Below, piece by piece: positions 1 to 12,268 of a stretch of DNA of 64,000 bases. The notes under the pieces were generated by a model that was given only the letters and a program-made list of their open reading frames with translations, was not told the origin of the DNA and did no database searches. The position numbers and the translations under genes were made by a program. The stretch is from positions 266,996 to 330,995 of the forward strand of contig CAVXJS010000010.1 in assembly GCA_963762145.1 (NCBI GenBank). The letters are read 5' to 3'. Numbering within the stretch: position 1 is the first letter of the stretch; the number at the start of each line of letters is the position of its first letter. This stretch comes from an uncultured Candidatus Rokubacteria bacterium. Lineage in GTDB: Bacteria; Methylomirabilota; Methylomirabilia; Rokubacteriales; CSP1-6.

Positions 1-1014
1 CGAGACGGACCAGCCCAGATTCTGGAGGTCCATCACGTCGTTCATCATCTCCTCGAGGCGCGAGGAGGCCTTCTGGCCCGCCGCGTCGGCGTCGAAGAGC
101 GCCACCACCTCGTCGGCGTAGCGGCGCAGCAGCCCGAGCTGGGCGGTCGTGAACGCGGTGCCGAGCGCGGCCACCGTCTCCCCGAAGCCGTGCTGGTGCG
201 CCATGAGGCAGTCGAGGTAGCCCTCGACGATGATGGCGCGGCTCCGCTCCCGCATCGCGATCCGGGCCACGTCGAGCGCGTAGAGGATCTGGCCCTTCAC
301 GTACAGCGGCGTCTCCGGGGAGTTGAGGTACTTGGGCTCCTCGCCCGAGAGCGCGCGCCCGCCGAACGCCACCACGCGGCCCTGCACGTCACGGATGGGA
401 AAGAGCAGCCGGCCGCGGAAGCGGTCGTAGAAGCCCGGCCCGTTCTGGCGCGCGAGGATGAGCCCGGCCTGCACCAGGACGTCCTCGCCGATGCCCTGCC
501 GGGCCATGACGCCCAGCAGCGCGTTCCAGCTCTCGGGCGCGTAGCCGAGTCCGAAGCGCTTCGCCACTTCCGGATCCACGCCGCGCTGCTCCAGGTACGC
601 GCGTGCCTTCTCGCCTCCCGGTTCCCAGAGCGAGCGGGTGTAGAACTCGGCCGCGAGGGCCATCGCGCGCCGCAGCGCCTCGAGCTTGCCGTCCACCTCC
701 GGTGCCCGCTGGCCCGCGTCGGGCAGGGCGACGCCGGCGCGGTCGGCCAGCGTGCGCACCGCTTCCGGGAACGCCACGCGCTCCTGGCGCATGAGGAAGC
801 TGAAGGCGTCGCCACCCGCGCCGCAGCCGAAGCAGTGATAGATGTTCCGCTTCGGGTTCACGGTGAAGGAAGGCGTCTTCTCGGAGTGGAAGGGACAGAG
901 GCCCTTCCAGTTCTCCCCGGTCCGCTTGAGCTTCACGACCTGGCCGACGATCTCGAGGATGTCGGCGCGGGAGCGGATCTCGTCGAGGAGCTGCTGGGAG
1001 TATCCGCCCGGCAT
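1..1014 (-). CDS. dnaG: DNA primase, N-terminal part (runs off the window edge)
   Basis: Manual translation from ATG 1014: MPGGYSQQLLDEIRSRADILEIVG...GLCPFHSEKTPSF..HCFGC (CHC2 zinc finger), DRFRGRLLFP, KYLNSPET, IIVEGYLD. Confidence 0.95.
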   Translation of the reverse strand, partial: MPGGYSQQLLDEIRSRADILEIVGQVVKLKRTGENWKGLCPFHSEKTPSFTVNPKRNIYHCFGCGAGGDAFSFLMRQERVAFPEAVRTLADRAGVALPDAGQRAPEVDGKLEALRRAMALAAEFYTRSLWEPGGEKARAYLEQRGVDPEVAKRFGLGYAPESWNALLGVMARQGIGEDVLVQAGLILARQNGPGFYDRFRGRLLFPIRDVQGRVVAFGGRALSGEEPKYLNSPETPLYVKGQILYALDVARIAMRERSRAIIVEGYLDCLMAHQHGFGETVAALGTAFTTAQLGLLRRYADEVVALFDADAAGQKASSRLEEMMNDVMDLQNLGWSVS

Positions 1015-1025
1015 CGGAAGTGGCC

Positions 1026-3477
1026 TCAGCCCTGGGTGAGCGTCGCGACGGTGGCGCCGGCGCCGCCCTCGGAGGACGCCCCCGGGCGGTGCTCGGCCAC
1101 GAGGGGGTGGGCGCTCAGCAATTCCTCGACCGCCCGACGGAGGGCACCCGTGCCCTTGCCGTGGATGATGCGAACCGACGGGAGCCCGGCCAGGAATGCA
1201 TCGTCGAGGTACTTTTCTAGCAGATCCCGCGCCTCATCGGTAGTCCGTCCTATGATATTCAGCTCCCCACCCACCGCGCTCTTGTCGGGGGTGGTGATTC
1301 GCCCCTCACCGCCGGCCCCCTCACCCTGCCCTCTCCCCCTTCGGGGGCGAGGGGACGTTTCACCCTCTCCCCGCCGGGGAGGGCTGGGGTGAGAGGCCAC
1401 GTGCTACGACGCGCACCGCCTGCATCGGCACCTTCACCGTCACCGCGCCGGCCTGCACCGTCACCGTCTCACCGTCCACGCCCAGCGCGTCCCCCTTGAG
1501 GCCGAGGTGCGTGATCTCGACGCGATCGCCCACGGTGACCGGGCCCGCCCCCTCCGGCTCTGGCCCGGTGGCCCCCGCAGTGTGCTCCACCTTCTGCGCA
1601 GTTTCCACCAGCCGCTTGCGCGCGCGCTCCAGCTCCGGCCGGCTCTTCTCGGCCCGCTTGAGCCGGTCCCACTCCTCGTTCACGTGGCGCCGAACCTCGG
1701 TGACCAGGCGCTGCGCCTCGGCCTTCGCGCGGGCGATGGTCTCCCGCGCGCTCGCGCGCGCGGTCTCGAGCTCGGCCTGCGCCCGCGCGAGCAGCCCCGC
1801 GCTCTCCGCCTCGCGCCGCTCGAGCAGCGCGCCGCGCTCGGCGTCCCGCCGATCCCGGTCGTCGAGGCGGGCCAGCAGCTCCTGGAGCTGTCGCTGCTGG
1901 GTGGAGCGGTGCCCGTGCGCCCGCTCGATGAGCGCGGCGGGCAGGCCGAGGCGGGCGCCGATGGAGAGCGCATAGCTCTGCCCCGGGCGATCGTAGACGA
2001 GCCGGAAGGTGGGGGCGAGCCGCTCGGGATCGAACTCCACCGAGGCGTTGCGGGCCCTCGGGTGGGTGGAGGCGAAACCCTTCAGCGGCTCGAGGTGGGT
2101 GGAGGCCACGACCATCGCGCCCCGGTCGGCCAGGTCCTCCAGCACCGCCTGGGCCAGCGCGGCGCCGTCGTCGGGATCGGTGCCCGCGCCCAGCTCGTCC
2201 AGGAGGACGAGCGAGCGGCCGTCCACGCGCTCGAGCACCTCGCGGAGCTGCTTGACGAACGCGGAGAACGTCGAGAGGTTCTCCGCCACGCTCTGCTCGT
2301 CGCCGACGATCGCGAAGCACTGCGAGAACACGGGTAGCCGCGCGCCGTCCCGCGCGGGCACGTGGCAGCCCGCCTGGGCCATGAGCGCGAGCAGGCCCAG
2401 GGTCTTCATCGCCACCGTCTTGCCCCCCGCGTTGGGGCCGGTGATGACGAGCAGCGGCCGCTCGGCCGGGATCTCGATGTCCATGGGGACGACCGCTCGG
2501 CCGCCGTCGGCGCCTGCCCAGCTCTGGGCGAGTAGGATCGGATTCAGCGCGCCGCGGAGGACCACGTCGCGCTCGTCGGTGATCGCGGGCTCGACCGCGC
2601 CCATGCGCTCGGCGAGCGCGCCGCGGGCGAAGATCAGGTCGAGGCCGCCGATGCCCGCGACCAGGTCGTCGAGCTCGGGCAGCGCGGCCCGCACCGCGTC
2701 GGTCAGCGCGGCCAGGACGCGGAGGATCTCGGTCTCCTCCTCGCGCACGGCCTGGACGAGATCGTTGTTGGCCTCCACGACCGCCTCCGGCTCCACGAAG
2801 AGCGTGGCCCCGCTCTGCGAGCGGTCGTGGACGATGCCGCGCAGCCGGCTCCTGGCCTCCGCGCGGATCGGCAGGACGTAGCGGCCGTGCCGGACCGTGA
2901 CGTAGCGCTCCTGGAACGTGGTGTCGGCGTTGGGCGCCCCGAAGTACGCCTCGAGCCGCTTCACGAGGTCGCGCCGCAGGGCGCGGATGGACTGGCGGAC
3001 GCGGCGCAGCGCGGGCGAGGCTTCGTCGCGCACCTGGCCGTCGGCGTCGAGCGAGCGCCGGAGCAGGTCGGCCAGCTCGGTCTGCCGCGGGAAGCCCGCG
3101 AGAGCCGCCGCGAGATCCGGCGCCACCGGCTGGATGGCGCGGCCGTAGGCGAGCAGGCGCCCCGCCGCCTCCAGCAGCGGGATCAGCGCGGCGAGGTCGG
3201 CGGCCTCGGCCACCGAGCCCACCACGCGCGCGGTCTCGAGCGTGGGCCGCACGTCGGGGATGCCCTCCCAGGGGGGCACGCCGGTCTGGCCCATCGCCGC
3301 CCGGGCCTGGCCGGTCTCGCCGAGCGCGCGCCGGATCGCGCCGGGATCCGTGACGGGGAGCGTGGCGGTCGCCAGCTCGCGGCCCATCGGCGTTCGCGCT
3401 TCGCGCGCGAGGAGCGCCAGCACCTGCGGCCACTCGAGGCCGCCGCTGCCCGCGGAGAGCCGGAACGCGGGGCTCAT
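1026..3477 (-). CDS. mutS2: Endonuclease MutS2 with C-terminal Smr domain; frame break in the REP-containing linker
   Basis: ITGPNAGGKT Walker A, LLDELGAGTDP, STH motif in the 705-aa ORF; Smr domain (IIHGKGTGAL) in another frame at 1026-1400. Confidence 0.93.
1317..1396. repeat. REP-like palindromic repeat inside the mutS2 linker
   Basis: CCCCTCACCCTGCCCTCTCCCC...GGGGCGAGGGG plus a second half-copy; the same 22-mer occurs at 29686. Confidence 0.75.
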
Positions 3478-3490
3478 GCGCGCCGGGCCC

Positions 3491-4033
3491 TCAGCGGCGC
3501 TCCACGAGGGCGAGCGCCTCGTCGGCGGCCTCGTCGCAGGCCGCCGCGATCGTCTCCTGCTCCTCGGGAAAGAAGGGCGAGAGCACGTGGTCGGAGACGC
3601 GATCCCGGTCCTCGCCGGGCCGGCCCGGCCGCCCGATGCCGATCTTGACGCGCCGGAGGTCGTTGGTGCCGAAGGCCGCGATCAGCGAGCGGACGCCGTT
3701 GTGGCCGCCCGCGCTGCCGGTGAGGCGCACCCGGACCTTGCCGAGCGGGAGATCCAGATCGTCGAAGACGATGACCACGTCGGCGGGTCCCAGGTGGAGC
3801 TTGCGCGCGAGGCGCGCCACCGGGGCGCCGGTGACGTTCATGAAGCTGCCGGGCTTGATGAGATAGAGGGGCTCGCCCTGCCAGCGGGCGGCGGCGACCG
3901 CGTGCCCGCTGTCGCGCTCGAAGCGCGTATGAATGCGATGGGCCAGCGCGTCGACGACGCGCTGGCCCACGTTGTGCCGGGTGTTGCGATATTCCGGGCC
4001 CGGATTCCCCAGGCCGACGATGGCCTGGGCCAC
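3491..4033 (-). CDS. pth: Peptidyl-tRNA hydrolase
   Basis: VGLGNPG..YRNTRHNVG, GGHNG, KIGIGRP motifs. Confidence 0.97.
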   Translation of the reverse strand: MAQAIVGLGNPGPEYRNTRHNVGQRVVDALAHRIHTRFERDSGHAVAAARWQGEPLYLIKPGSFMNVTGAPVARLARKLHLGPADVVIVFDDLDLPLGKVRVRLTGSAGGHNGVRSLIAAFGTNDLRRVKIGIGRPGRPGEDRDRVSDHVLSPFFPEEQETIAAACDEAADEALALVERR

Positions 4034-4732
4034 CTACTTCTTCTTCTCGCCGCCCTTGTCCTTCGCGTCCGCCTCGGCGGCTTCCCCCTCCTTCGGCTTC
4101 CGCTCGGTGAGCACTTCCGGCTCGGCCGCCGTCGCTTCCGTCGTCACCGCGGCCACCACTGCCGTCTCCTCGGCCGCCGGCGGGGCGACCGTGACCACCG
4201 CCTGGTTCGGGTCGTTGAGGACGCGCACGCCCTCGGGCACCTTCAGGTCCTTGACGGTCAGCACGTCGTGGATGGCGAGGTTCGTGATGTCGGCCTCGAG
4301 GTACTCCGGGATGTTTCCGGGCAGGCAGGAGACCCGCACCTCGCGGAGCACCATCTCGAGGATGCCCTGGGTGTCCTTGACGCCGATCGCCTCGCCGACG
4401 TGGTGCACCGCCACCGTGACCTGGATGGCGCGGTCCATCGCCACTTCCTGCAGGTCCACGTGGATGAGATTCTCCGAGACCGGATCGAACTGCATGTCCC
4501 GGATGATCGCCATCTTGGCGTCGGTGGTCCCCTCGAAGGTCACCCGGAACAGCTGGGTGCTGCCCTCGTGGCCGTGGATGAGGCGGAGCACGTCCTTGGG
4601 GGTCACCGCCACGTTCACCGGGCTCGCGCCGCCGTAGAGGGTCGCCGGGACCTGGCCCGCGGCGCGCAGGCGCCGGGCGGGGCCCTTGCCGGTGCCCTCG
4701 CGCTTCCGGATGGTCAACTCACGCATGTCCAT
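4034..4732 (-). CDS. rplY: 50S ribosomal protein bL25/Ctc
   Basis: ARRLRAAGQVPATLYG, HVDL; long Ctc-type C-terminus; conserved prs-rplY-pth order. Confidence 0.95.
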   Translation of the reverse strand: MDMRELTIRKREGTGKGPARRLRAAGQVPATLYGGASPVNVAVTPKDVLRLIHGHEGSTQLFRVTFEGTTDAKMAIIRDMQFDPVSENLIHVDLQEVAMDRAIQVTVAVHHVGEAIGVKDTQGILEMVLREVRVSCLPGNIPEYLEADITNLAIHDVLTVKDLKVPEGVRVLNDPNQAVVTVAPPAAEETAVVAAVTTEATAAEPEVLTERKPKEGEAAEADAKDKGGEKKK

Positions 4733-4763
4733 GACTCAGCTCCTTCAGGTGAAAGATTGGCTC

Positions 4764-5705
4764 TTACACGAAGAGGGTCGAGACGGATTCCTCGTCGTGG
4801 ATGCGACGGATCGCCTCCGCGAGCAGCGGGGCGACCGAGAGAACGCGGATCTTGGACAGCTGCCGCTCGGGCGTCAGCGGAACCGTGTTCGTGATGATGA
4901 CTTCCTCGAGCACCGACTCCTTGATGCGGTCGATGGCCGGGCCGGAGAGCACGCCGTGCACCGCGCAGGCGAGGACGCGGCCGCGCGCCCTCGCGGCTGG
5001 AGCGCGTCCACCGCCTGGATCAGCGTGCCCGCGGTGTCGATCATGTCGTCGACGATCACGACGTCCTTGCCCTTGACGTCGCCGATGAGGTGCATGAACT
5101 CGGCGACGTTGTTGCCCTCGCGCCGCTTGTCGATGATGGCGAGGCCCGCCTTGAGCCGCTTGGCGAGCGCGCGGGCGCGCTCCACGCCGCCCGCGTCCGG
5201 CGAGACCAGCACCGGGTCGTTCAGGTCCTTCTTGGCCAGGTAGTCGATGATCACCGGGGGCGCCGCGAAGAGGTGGTCCACCGGGATGTTGAAGAAGCCC
5301 TGGATCTGCCCGGCGTGCAGGTCGACCGCGAGCAGGCGCTGCGCGCCGGCCGCGGTGAGGAGGTCGGCCACCAGCTTGGCCGTGATCGGCATGCGCGGCT
5401 GCACCTTGCGGTCCTGGCGGCCGTAGCCGTAGTAGGGCAGCACCGCGGTGATGCGCCGGGCCGACGCGCGCTTGAGCGCGTCGATCATGACGAGCAGCTC
5501 CATCAGGTGATCGTTCACCGGGCGGGCACGTGGGCTGGATCACGAAGACGTCCTGGCCGCGGACGTTCTCGTTGATCTGCACGTAGACCTCGCCGTCGGA
5601 GAAGCGCGAGACGTCCGCGTCGCCCAGCGGGAGCTGAAGCGTCTTGGCGATCTCCTCCGCGAGCGGGCGGTTCGCGTTGCCGGAGAAGAGCTTCAGCTCG
5701 TACAT
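4764..5705 (-). CDS. prs: Ribose-phosphate pyrophosphokinase (frameshifted read)
   Basis: [47 protein letters not shown] across two frames. Confidence 0.96.
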   Translation of the reverse strand: MYELKLFSGNANRPLAEEIAKTLQLPLGDADVSRFSDGEVYVQINENVRGQDVFVIQPTCPPGERSPDGAARHDRRAQARVGPAHHRGAALLRLRPPGPQGAAAHADHGQAGGRPPHRGRRAAPARGRPARRADPGLLQHPGGPPLRGAPGDHRLPGQEGPERPGAGLAGRGRRGARPRARQAAQGGPRHHRQAARGQQRRRVHAPHRRRQGQGRRDRRRHDRHRGHADPGGGRAPAARARGRVLACAVHGVLSGPAIDRIKESVLEEVIITNTVPLTPERQLSKIRVLSVAPLLAEAIRRIHDEESVSTLFV

Positions 5706-5824
5706 GTCATGACCCCGTCTCCCTTGACTGACGTTCGCGCTCTTCTTGCTTGTATCCGCTCGGCTCGCCTTCGGCTGCGCCTCGCCAGGCCACTGCGGCT
5801 CGGCGCGCCACGATCCGCGGCGTT

Positions 5825-5898
5825 TGGCTGGGGCGGGAGGAATCGAACCTCCATTGCGGGGGCCAAAGCCCCGAGTCCTGCCACTGAACGACGCCCCA
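5825..5898 (-). tRNA. tRNA-Gln(UUG)
   Basis: Cloverleaf TGGGGCG...anticodon loop CTTTGGC...GGTTCGATTCC...CGCCCCAGCCA; canonical position between ispE and prs. Confidence 0.95.
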
Positions 5899-5916
5899 GT
5901 GGAAACCCGTTCAGGT

Positions 5917-6792
5917 TCATCGCGTCACCCGGATCGCGGGGCCGGAGTTGGTGCGGACCGCCCAGCAGGCCCAGCCCGCCCGGCTCACCCGCGATGCGGA
6001 TCTGCCGCGCGTGGTCCAGGGACCGCGCCATCCCGAACACGGTCGGGCCGCTGCCCGACATGATCGCTCCGAGCGCGCCCGCCGCCAAGAGGGCCGCCTT
6101 CATGCGGCCGATCACGGGCAGCACCGGCTCGACCACGCGCTCCAGATTGTTCGTCAGCGCCGCCGCTACCTTGTTCACGTTCCGCGTCCTCAACGCCTCG
6201 ATCACCCGCTCCGTGCCCGTGGGCTCGGCCCGCCAGCCTGCCGGAACCCGCCCGTACACCTCTGCCGTGGACAGCGGGACGCGGGGGTTCACCAGCACGA
6301 GCGCGTAACCGCCGCCCGCCGGGCAGCACGGTCAGCTGCTCGCCGCGCCCGCGTGGCCACCGCGCGCCCCGTGCCCAGGAAGAACGGCACGTCCATGCCC
6401 AGCTCCACCGCCAGCTCCGAAAGCCGCGCCCTGGGCCAGCGAAGCCGCCACAGCCGGTTCAGCCCCCAGAGCGTCGCGGCCGCATCGCTCGATCCCCCGC
6501 CCAGCCCCGCCGCCACCGGGATGCGCTTGGTCAGCCGGATCCGAGCTCCGGCCTCGATCCCCGCCGCCTTCTGGAGCAGCCGGGCGGCGCGCATCACCAG
6601 GTTGCCATCGTCGGTGGGCAAGTCGGGATCGTCCGTGTGGAGCGAAAGGGTGTCGGCCGCTTCCAGCTTCAGGCGATCGAACAGGTCCACCGCCTGCAGC
6701 ACCGTCGCGATCTCGTGATACCCGTCGCCCCGCTTGCCCAGCACCTCGAGGGCCAGGTTCACTTTGGCGGAGGTGCGAAGCACCACCTCCAT
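5917..6792 (-). CDS. ispE: 4-diphosphocytidyl-2-C-methyl-D-erythritol kinase (frameshifted read)
   Basis: [33 protein letters not shown]. Confidence 0.95.
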
Positions 6793-6850
6793 GCTGCCCC
6801 GTGACCGCTTCGACAAGGCGACGTAGGCTACCATGCGGTGCGAAAGAGTG

Positions 6851-7615
6851 TCAACGGAAGTCTTGGATTTTAACGTGTTCCGGGACAGTCGGCTTCAGCA
6901 GCGCGGGGTCGAGCCCCGTGTTCATCCGCGGGTCTCGGTAGGCCACCGTGACGCGCAGCGCCCCGTCCGGCGTCTCGAGCCTGAGGCCGGCGGGCGGGGC
7001 GTCCGGCGGCGTCGGGGTGAACGTCACCCGCGCGGGATTCTTGCCGGTCCACTCGACCTGCTTCGCCTGTCCGCTGGCGGGGTCGAACCAGATGCGCTGC
7101 TCGACGTCGCGCCCGGCGAGCCGGAGCGACGGGCCGATCTCGTCGGGGGCGACCAGCTCCCCCGGGTCGGGTCCGGCAGCGGTCGGGCGCGCCCCGCGAG
7201 CAGCGCGACGAGATCCTCGCCGCCCAGCGCCAGGCCGAGCCACCGCCGGTTGGCGTCCGGCGAGGCGGGCGCGATGTACGCGCGGTTGTCAGCACCTCCC
7301 AGAGCGTGACGGACTGCGGGTCGCCGGCCACGATCAGACCGGCGTGCCGAACGGGGAGAGGGCCTCGAACCGGAGCGAGGCGGGCTCCCGCAGGAGCAGC
7401 ATGACGCCGGAGAGGCGCTGGGCGCGCCCGCTGCGGCGCGAGCTGAGTCGACCAGCGATGCGCAGGTCGACCAAGAGCGGCGATGCTGCTCGAGTGCGCG
7501 GCGAGCGGCCGCGCGGGCGTCCTCGGCGATGGGCGTCGGCGCGGGCGCCGGAGGGACGGTGGCGCACGCGGACAGCCCGACGGCGAGCAGGAGGCCGCCG
7601 GCCAGGCGGAGCCGG
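6851..7615 (-). CDS. LolB/DUF4292-like outer-membrane lipoprotein (frameshifted; start approximate)
   Basis: Lipobox LSAC, LRFEALSPFGTP; sits between the TPR gene and ispE, where lolB usually lies. Confidence 0.55.
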
Positions 7616-9400
7616 CTACTTCTGCTCGGCCTTGGGCGGCGCCACCCTTGGCCCGGAGCTGCTTCTCCCGCGCGTCCCGGATCTTGTTCCTCACCGCGTG
7701 GGCGATGCGGCCGTCCTTGTCCACCTGGAGGGCCTTCTCCCACGCCTCGATCGCCTCGCTCGACCTTGTCGTTCTTCAGGTAGGCGTCGCCGAGGTGGTC
7801 GAAGATCACCGGGTCGTCCTTGGCCCGGTCGGCCGCGCGCTGCAGCTCGCGCAGGGCCTCCGGGTAGCGGCCCTGCTGGTAGTAGACCCAGCCCAGGCTG
7901 TCGATGAAGTAGCCGTTCTCGGGCTCGAGCGCGAGCGCGTGCTGGACCAGCTCGAGGGCCTCGGTCAGGTTCGTGCCCCGCTCCGCGTACATGTAGCCGA
8001 TGTAGTTGTAGGCCTCGGCGTGCTTGGGATCGATGGCGATGCACGCGGCGGAACGAGCTGATGGCGTCGTCGGAGCGCTGCTGCTTCTCGCGCACCACCC
8101 CGAGCTGGAAGTGGAGGTCGCTGTTCTTGTCGTCCACGCGAGAGCCCTTCCTGCAGCACGTCGGCGGAGCGGTCGTACTGCTGGCGCGGTAGAGCGCGGT
8201 GCCGAGGTAGAGGAAGAGCTCGGGCGCTTGGGCTCGATGTTGACCGCCTCGCGCAGGACGCGCACCGCGTCGTCGTGGCGCTTGGCGCGGCCGTGGAGGA
8301 AGCCGAGCTGCACGCGCGCGTCCACCGAGCGGGGATCGGCGGCGATGATGCTGCTCGAGCTCGCTGCGCGCCTCGTCGTCCTTGCCCGCCTCCATCAGCG
8401 TGGTGGCCAGGAAGTAGCGGGCGCGCAGGTTGCCGGGCTCGAGCGACGACGGCCCGGCGGAACGCGGCGACCGCCTTGTCCCACTCCTTCTGCTCGTAGT
8501 GGAGCGCGCCCAGCTTCATCCACACCCGCGGGTCGCGCGGGGCGGCCTCGGTCAGCGCCTCGATCTCGCTCTGCGCCTCCTTGAGCGGCCGAGCCGGATC
8601 GAGCAGGTCGCCCAGGCGCTCGACGAAGGCGGGATTGTCCGGGTTGGCCCGAGCGCGTCCTTGTAGACCGCGACCGCCTCGTCGGGCTTGCTTCTGGTTC
8701 TCGTAGACGAAGCCGAGCGCGGTCCACGCGCCGTCGTTGTCGGGGTCGAGCTCGACGGCGCGCCGGAGGCTGCACGATGGCCTCGGCCCAGCTCTCGTTC
8801 TCGATGCCGATGCGCCCGAGCAGGTAGTGGCCCTGCGAGAGATTCGGGCGCGCCTCGACGAGCCGGCGCAGCACCGCGCGTGCCTTGTCGTAGCTCTTCT
8901 GCTCGAAGTGGTGCTGGGCGAGGGCGAGGTAGCCGTCGGGGGTCTGCGGGTGCGAGCGCGATCGCCCGCTCCAGCTCGGCCTCCGCCTCGGGGAGCTGGC
9001 GCTGGCGCCGGTAGAGGTCGGCCAGCGTCATGTGCGCGCTCGCGGTTCTTGGGCTCGAGCGCGACGGCCTTCTGCGCGGCGGTCGAAGGCCCGGCGGTGT
9101 GCGTTGATCCGCGATCAGCCACTGCGCGAGCTGGATCTAGAGGCGGCGGTGTTCGGGATCGTACTTGATCGCCTCGCGCAGCTGGGTGATCGCCTGCGGC
9201 AGGCGGCCGCGCGCGCGCCTGGAGCTGCGCGACGCGTAGTGGTCGTAGGCCTCGGCCCTGGCCGCTCGACCGGCCGGCGCGCCCGGCGGGCCGATCGTGA
9301 CGGTCTGGGACTCGGCCGGGCCCGTCTGCGCGGTGGCGCAGCCGTGCGAGCGCCCGCCGACCACGAGCAGGAGCGCCAGTGAGCCCGCACGCCCCGGCGG
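7616..9400 (-). CDS. Tetratricopeptide-repeat lipoprotein (many indels; start approximate)
   Basis: AYNYIGYMYAERG..ALALEPENGYFIDSLGWVYYQQG; several TPR units; GCATAQ lipobox. Confidence 0.85.
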
Positions 9401-9868
9401 CGCGGATCAGGCCCTTGGCCATGATGCGCGCGGACGGTGGAGGCGAGCGCCTCGTCGCGCATCGGGGCGGCCGCCCCTTCCACCAGCGGCCAGCTCGTCG
9501 GCGTCGAGCCGGAGCGGAGGCGCGGGCGGTGGCGCGGCGGGCGGTCGGCGGTGCAGCGCGCCGGCGCGGGCGCCGCGAGGCTGAGCGCAGCGCGGTGACG
9601 GTCGGTGCCGTAGCGGGCGCGGAGCGCCGCGAGCGACTTCCGCGGATCGCATGGACAGCTCCTGGAGCCACGGGGAATTGTCGACCCGCACCTCGAGCGT
9701 GCCGGCCCGCAGATCGCCGGGCCGGGTGCGAGGGCCAGCGCGGCGCCGACCGCGCCGCGCCAGCCCTGGCGGATGCGTCAGCTCGAGCAGGCGCTCTTCG
9801 AGCGCGGGCACCGCGGCGGTGAGCAGGTCCGCCACGCGGAGCGGGAACGAGGAGCGGCCTGAGCGCAT
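9380..9868 (-). CDS. DciA/DUF721 family protein (frameshifted; end approximate)
   Basis: LRAGTLEVRVDNSPWLQELSM motif typical of DUF721. Confidence 0.7.
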
Positions 9869-9973
9869 CGTGGGTCCATGATACTTGAGCCGGGTATGCC
9901 ACTCGCCACGCTTGAACGCACGTCGGGCGGCAAATTGACTCAGATCGTACGCGACACTTATAGTGTCGCTACC

Positions 9974-11352
9974 ATGGCGCGACCGAAACGCGGCGAGATT
10001 CTGTCCATGACGATCGACGACCTCGCCTTCGGAGGCGAAGGCGTCGGCCGCGCCGACGGCTACGTCGTGTTCGTGCCGGGCGGCCTGCCCGGCGATCGCC
10101 TGCGGGTCCGGCTCGTGCAGGCGCGCGCCGCGCTTCGGCCGCGGCGTCATCGAGGCCATCGAGGAGCCCTCGCCGCAGCGCGTGCGACGCGCCGTGCCCA
10201 TACTTCGGGCGCTGCGGCGGCTGCCGCCTCCAGCACATGGCCTATCCGGCCCAGCTCGCCTTCAAGGCCAAGCAGGTGGCGGACTGCGCTGGAGCGCCTC
10301 GGCGGCCTCGGCGCGTCGAGCTCCGGCCGATCATCGGCGCGCCCGCGACCTTCGGGTACCGCAACAAGATGGAGTTCACGGTGGCGCGGCGCGCGACGGA
10401 GCCGCTCGTGGTGGGGCTCCACGAGGCCGAGCGCTACGACGCGGTGCTCGACATCGAGCGCTGCCTGCTCCAGTCCGACCGCATGAACGCCCTGCTCGGC
10501 GAGGCGCGCGCGCTTCTTCGTCGAGCGCGGCGCTCACCGTCTACGACCAGGACAGCGGCGAGGGGCTGCTGCGCTTCCTGATGCTGCGCGAGGGCACCGA
10601 CACCGGCGAGACTCATGGCCAACGTGGTCACCTCCGCGCCCGCGGTGTCCGAGCTGGCCCCGCTCGCCGCGCGGCTGCAGCGCGCGCGTGCCGGGGACGA
10701 CCAGCGTGGTCATGAACGTGAACCCCAAGAAGGCCAGCGTGGCGGTCGGCGTCGAGGAGCACCTGCTGGGCGGCCGCGACCACATCCGCGAGGGCATCGG
10801 CGGGCTCACCTTCCAGGTCTCGGCGAGCTCGTTCTTCCAGACCAATACCCGACAGGCCGAGCGGCTCTTCGAGCTCGTGCTCGAGGCGGCCGGCCTGACC
10901 GGGACCGAGACGGTCTGCGATCTCTACTCCGGCACGGGCGCGATCAGCCTGCTCCTGGCCCGCCGCGCCGGTGGGTCTACGGCATCGAGGTGGCGCAGGC
11001 CGCGGTGGACGACGCGCGGCGGAACGCGGCGGCCAACGGGATCACCAACTGCACGTTCGTGTGCGGGCGAGGTGCGCTTCGTGCTGCCCGCCCTGATCGC
11101 GAAGGGCGTGACCGCCGAGGTGGTGGTGGCCGATCCGCCGCGCGCGGGGTTCCATCCCAAGGCGCTCGCCGCGCTCGTCGCGCTGGCGCCCGCCGCATCG
11201 TCTACGTGTCGTGCAACCCCACCACGCTCGCCCGCGACCTGGGCGAGCTGGTGCGCGGCGGCTACCGGCTCGAGTGGGTGCAGCCGGTCGACATGTTCCC
11301 GCACACCCCGCACATCGAGGCGGTGGCCCGGCTGGAGCGCGTGGGCTCGTGA
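9974..11352 (+). CDS. rlmD: 23S rRNA (uracil-1939-C5)-methyltransferase with TRAM domain (frameshifted read)
   Basis: TRAM N-terminus, CGGC cluster motif, [34 protein letters not shown]. Confidence 0.93.
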
Positions 11353-12268
11353 AGTCGTACCTGCTGCGCCGCCTCTGGCAGTCGCTGCTGGTCCTCTTCG
11401 GCGTCTCGGTGGTGGTGTTCCTGATCCTGCACCTGACCGGCGATCCCGGCCGCGCTCCTGCTGCCGCCCGACGCGACCGCGGAGGACATCGCGAAGTTCC
11501 GCGACCGCGATGGGCTTCAACGATCCGGTCGCGGTCCAGTACCTCCGCTTCCTCCGGGGCGCGGTGCGCGGGGACTTCGGCGAGTCGCTGCGCCACGGCG
11601 AGCCCGCGATGGCCCTCGTGGTCGAGCGGCTGCCCGCGACCTTCCAGCTCGCGGGAGCCGGGCTGCTCATCGCGCTGTGCCTGGCCATCCCGGCCGGCAT
11701 CGTGTCGGCGGTCCGGCGCAACACCGCGGTGGACTACATCTCGACGGTGGTGGCGCTCCTCGGGCAGGCCATGCCGACCTTCTGGCTCGGGATCATGCTG
11801 ATCCTGGTCTTCTCGGTGCGGCTCAACTGGCTGCCCTCCTCGGGGCGCGGCGGCCTCGAGCACCTGGTCCTGCCCGCGATCACCCTCGGCCTCTTCACCA
11901 CCGCGCGCATCACGCGGCTGACGCGCTCCGGGATGCTCGAGGTGCTCGGGCAGGACTACATCCGCACCGCGCGCGCCAAGGGCGTCGGCGAGCCGCCGGT
12001 GGTGTGGAAGCACGCGCTCAAGAACGCGTCGATCCCGATCGTCACCATCGTGGGGATCGAGCTCGGCACGCTGCTCGGCGGCTCGGTGATCACCGAGACC
12101 ATCTTCGCGTGGCCGGGCGTGGGGCGGCTCTCGGTGCAGGCCATCTTCAACCGCGACTATCCGGTGGTGCAGTCCGCGGTGTTCCTGCTCGCCAGCACCT
12201 TCGTGATCGTCAACTTCCTGGTGGACGTGGTCTACACCTACCTCGACCCGCGCATCCGGTATCGCTGA
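11349..12268 (+). CDS. Peptide/nickel ABC permease, DppB-like
   Basis: [37 protein letters not shown]. Confidence 0.92.
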
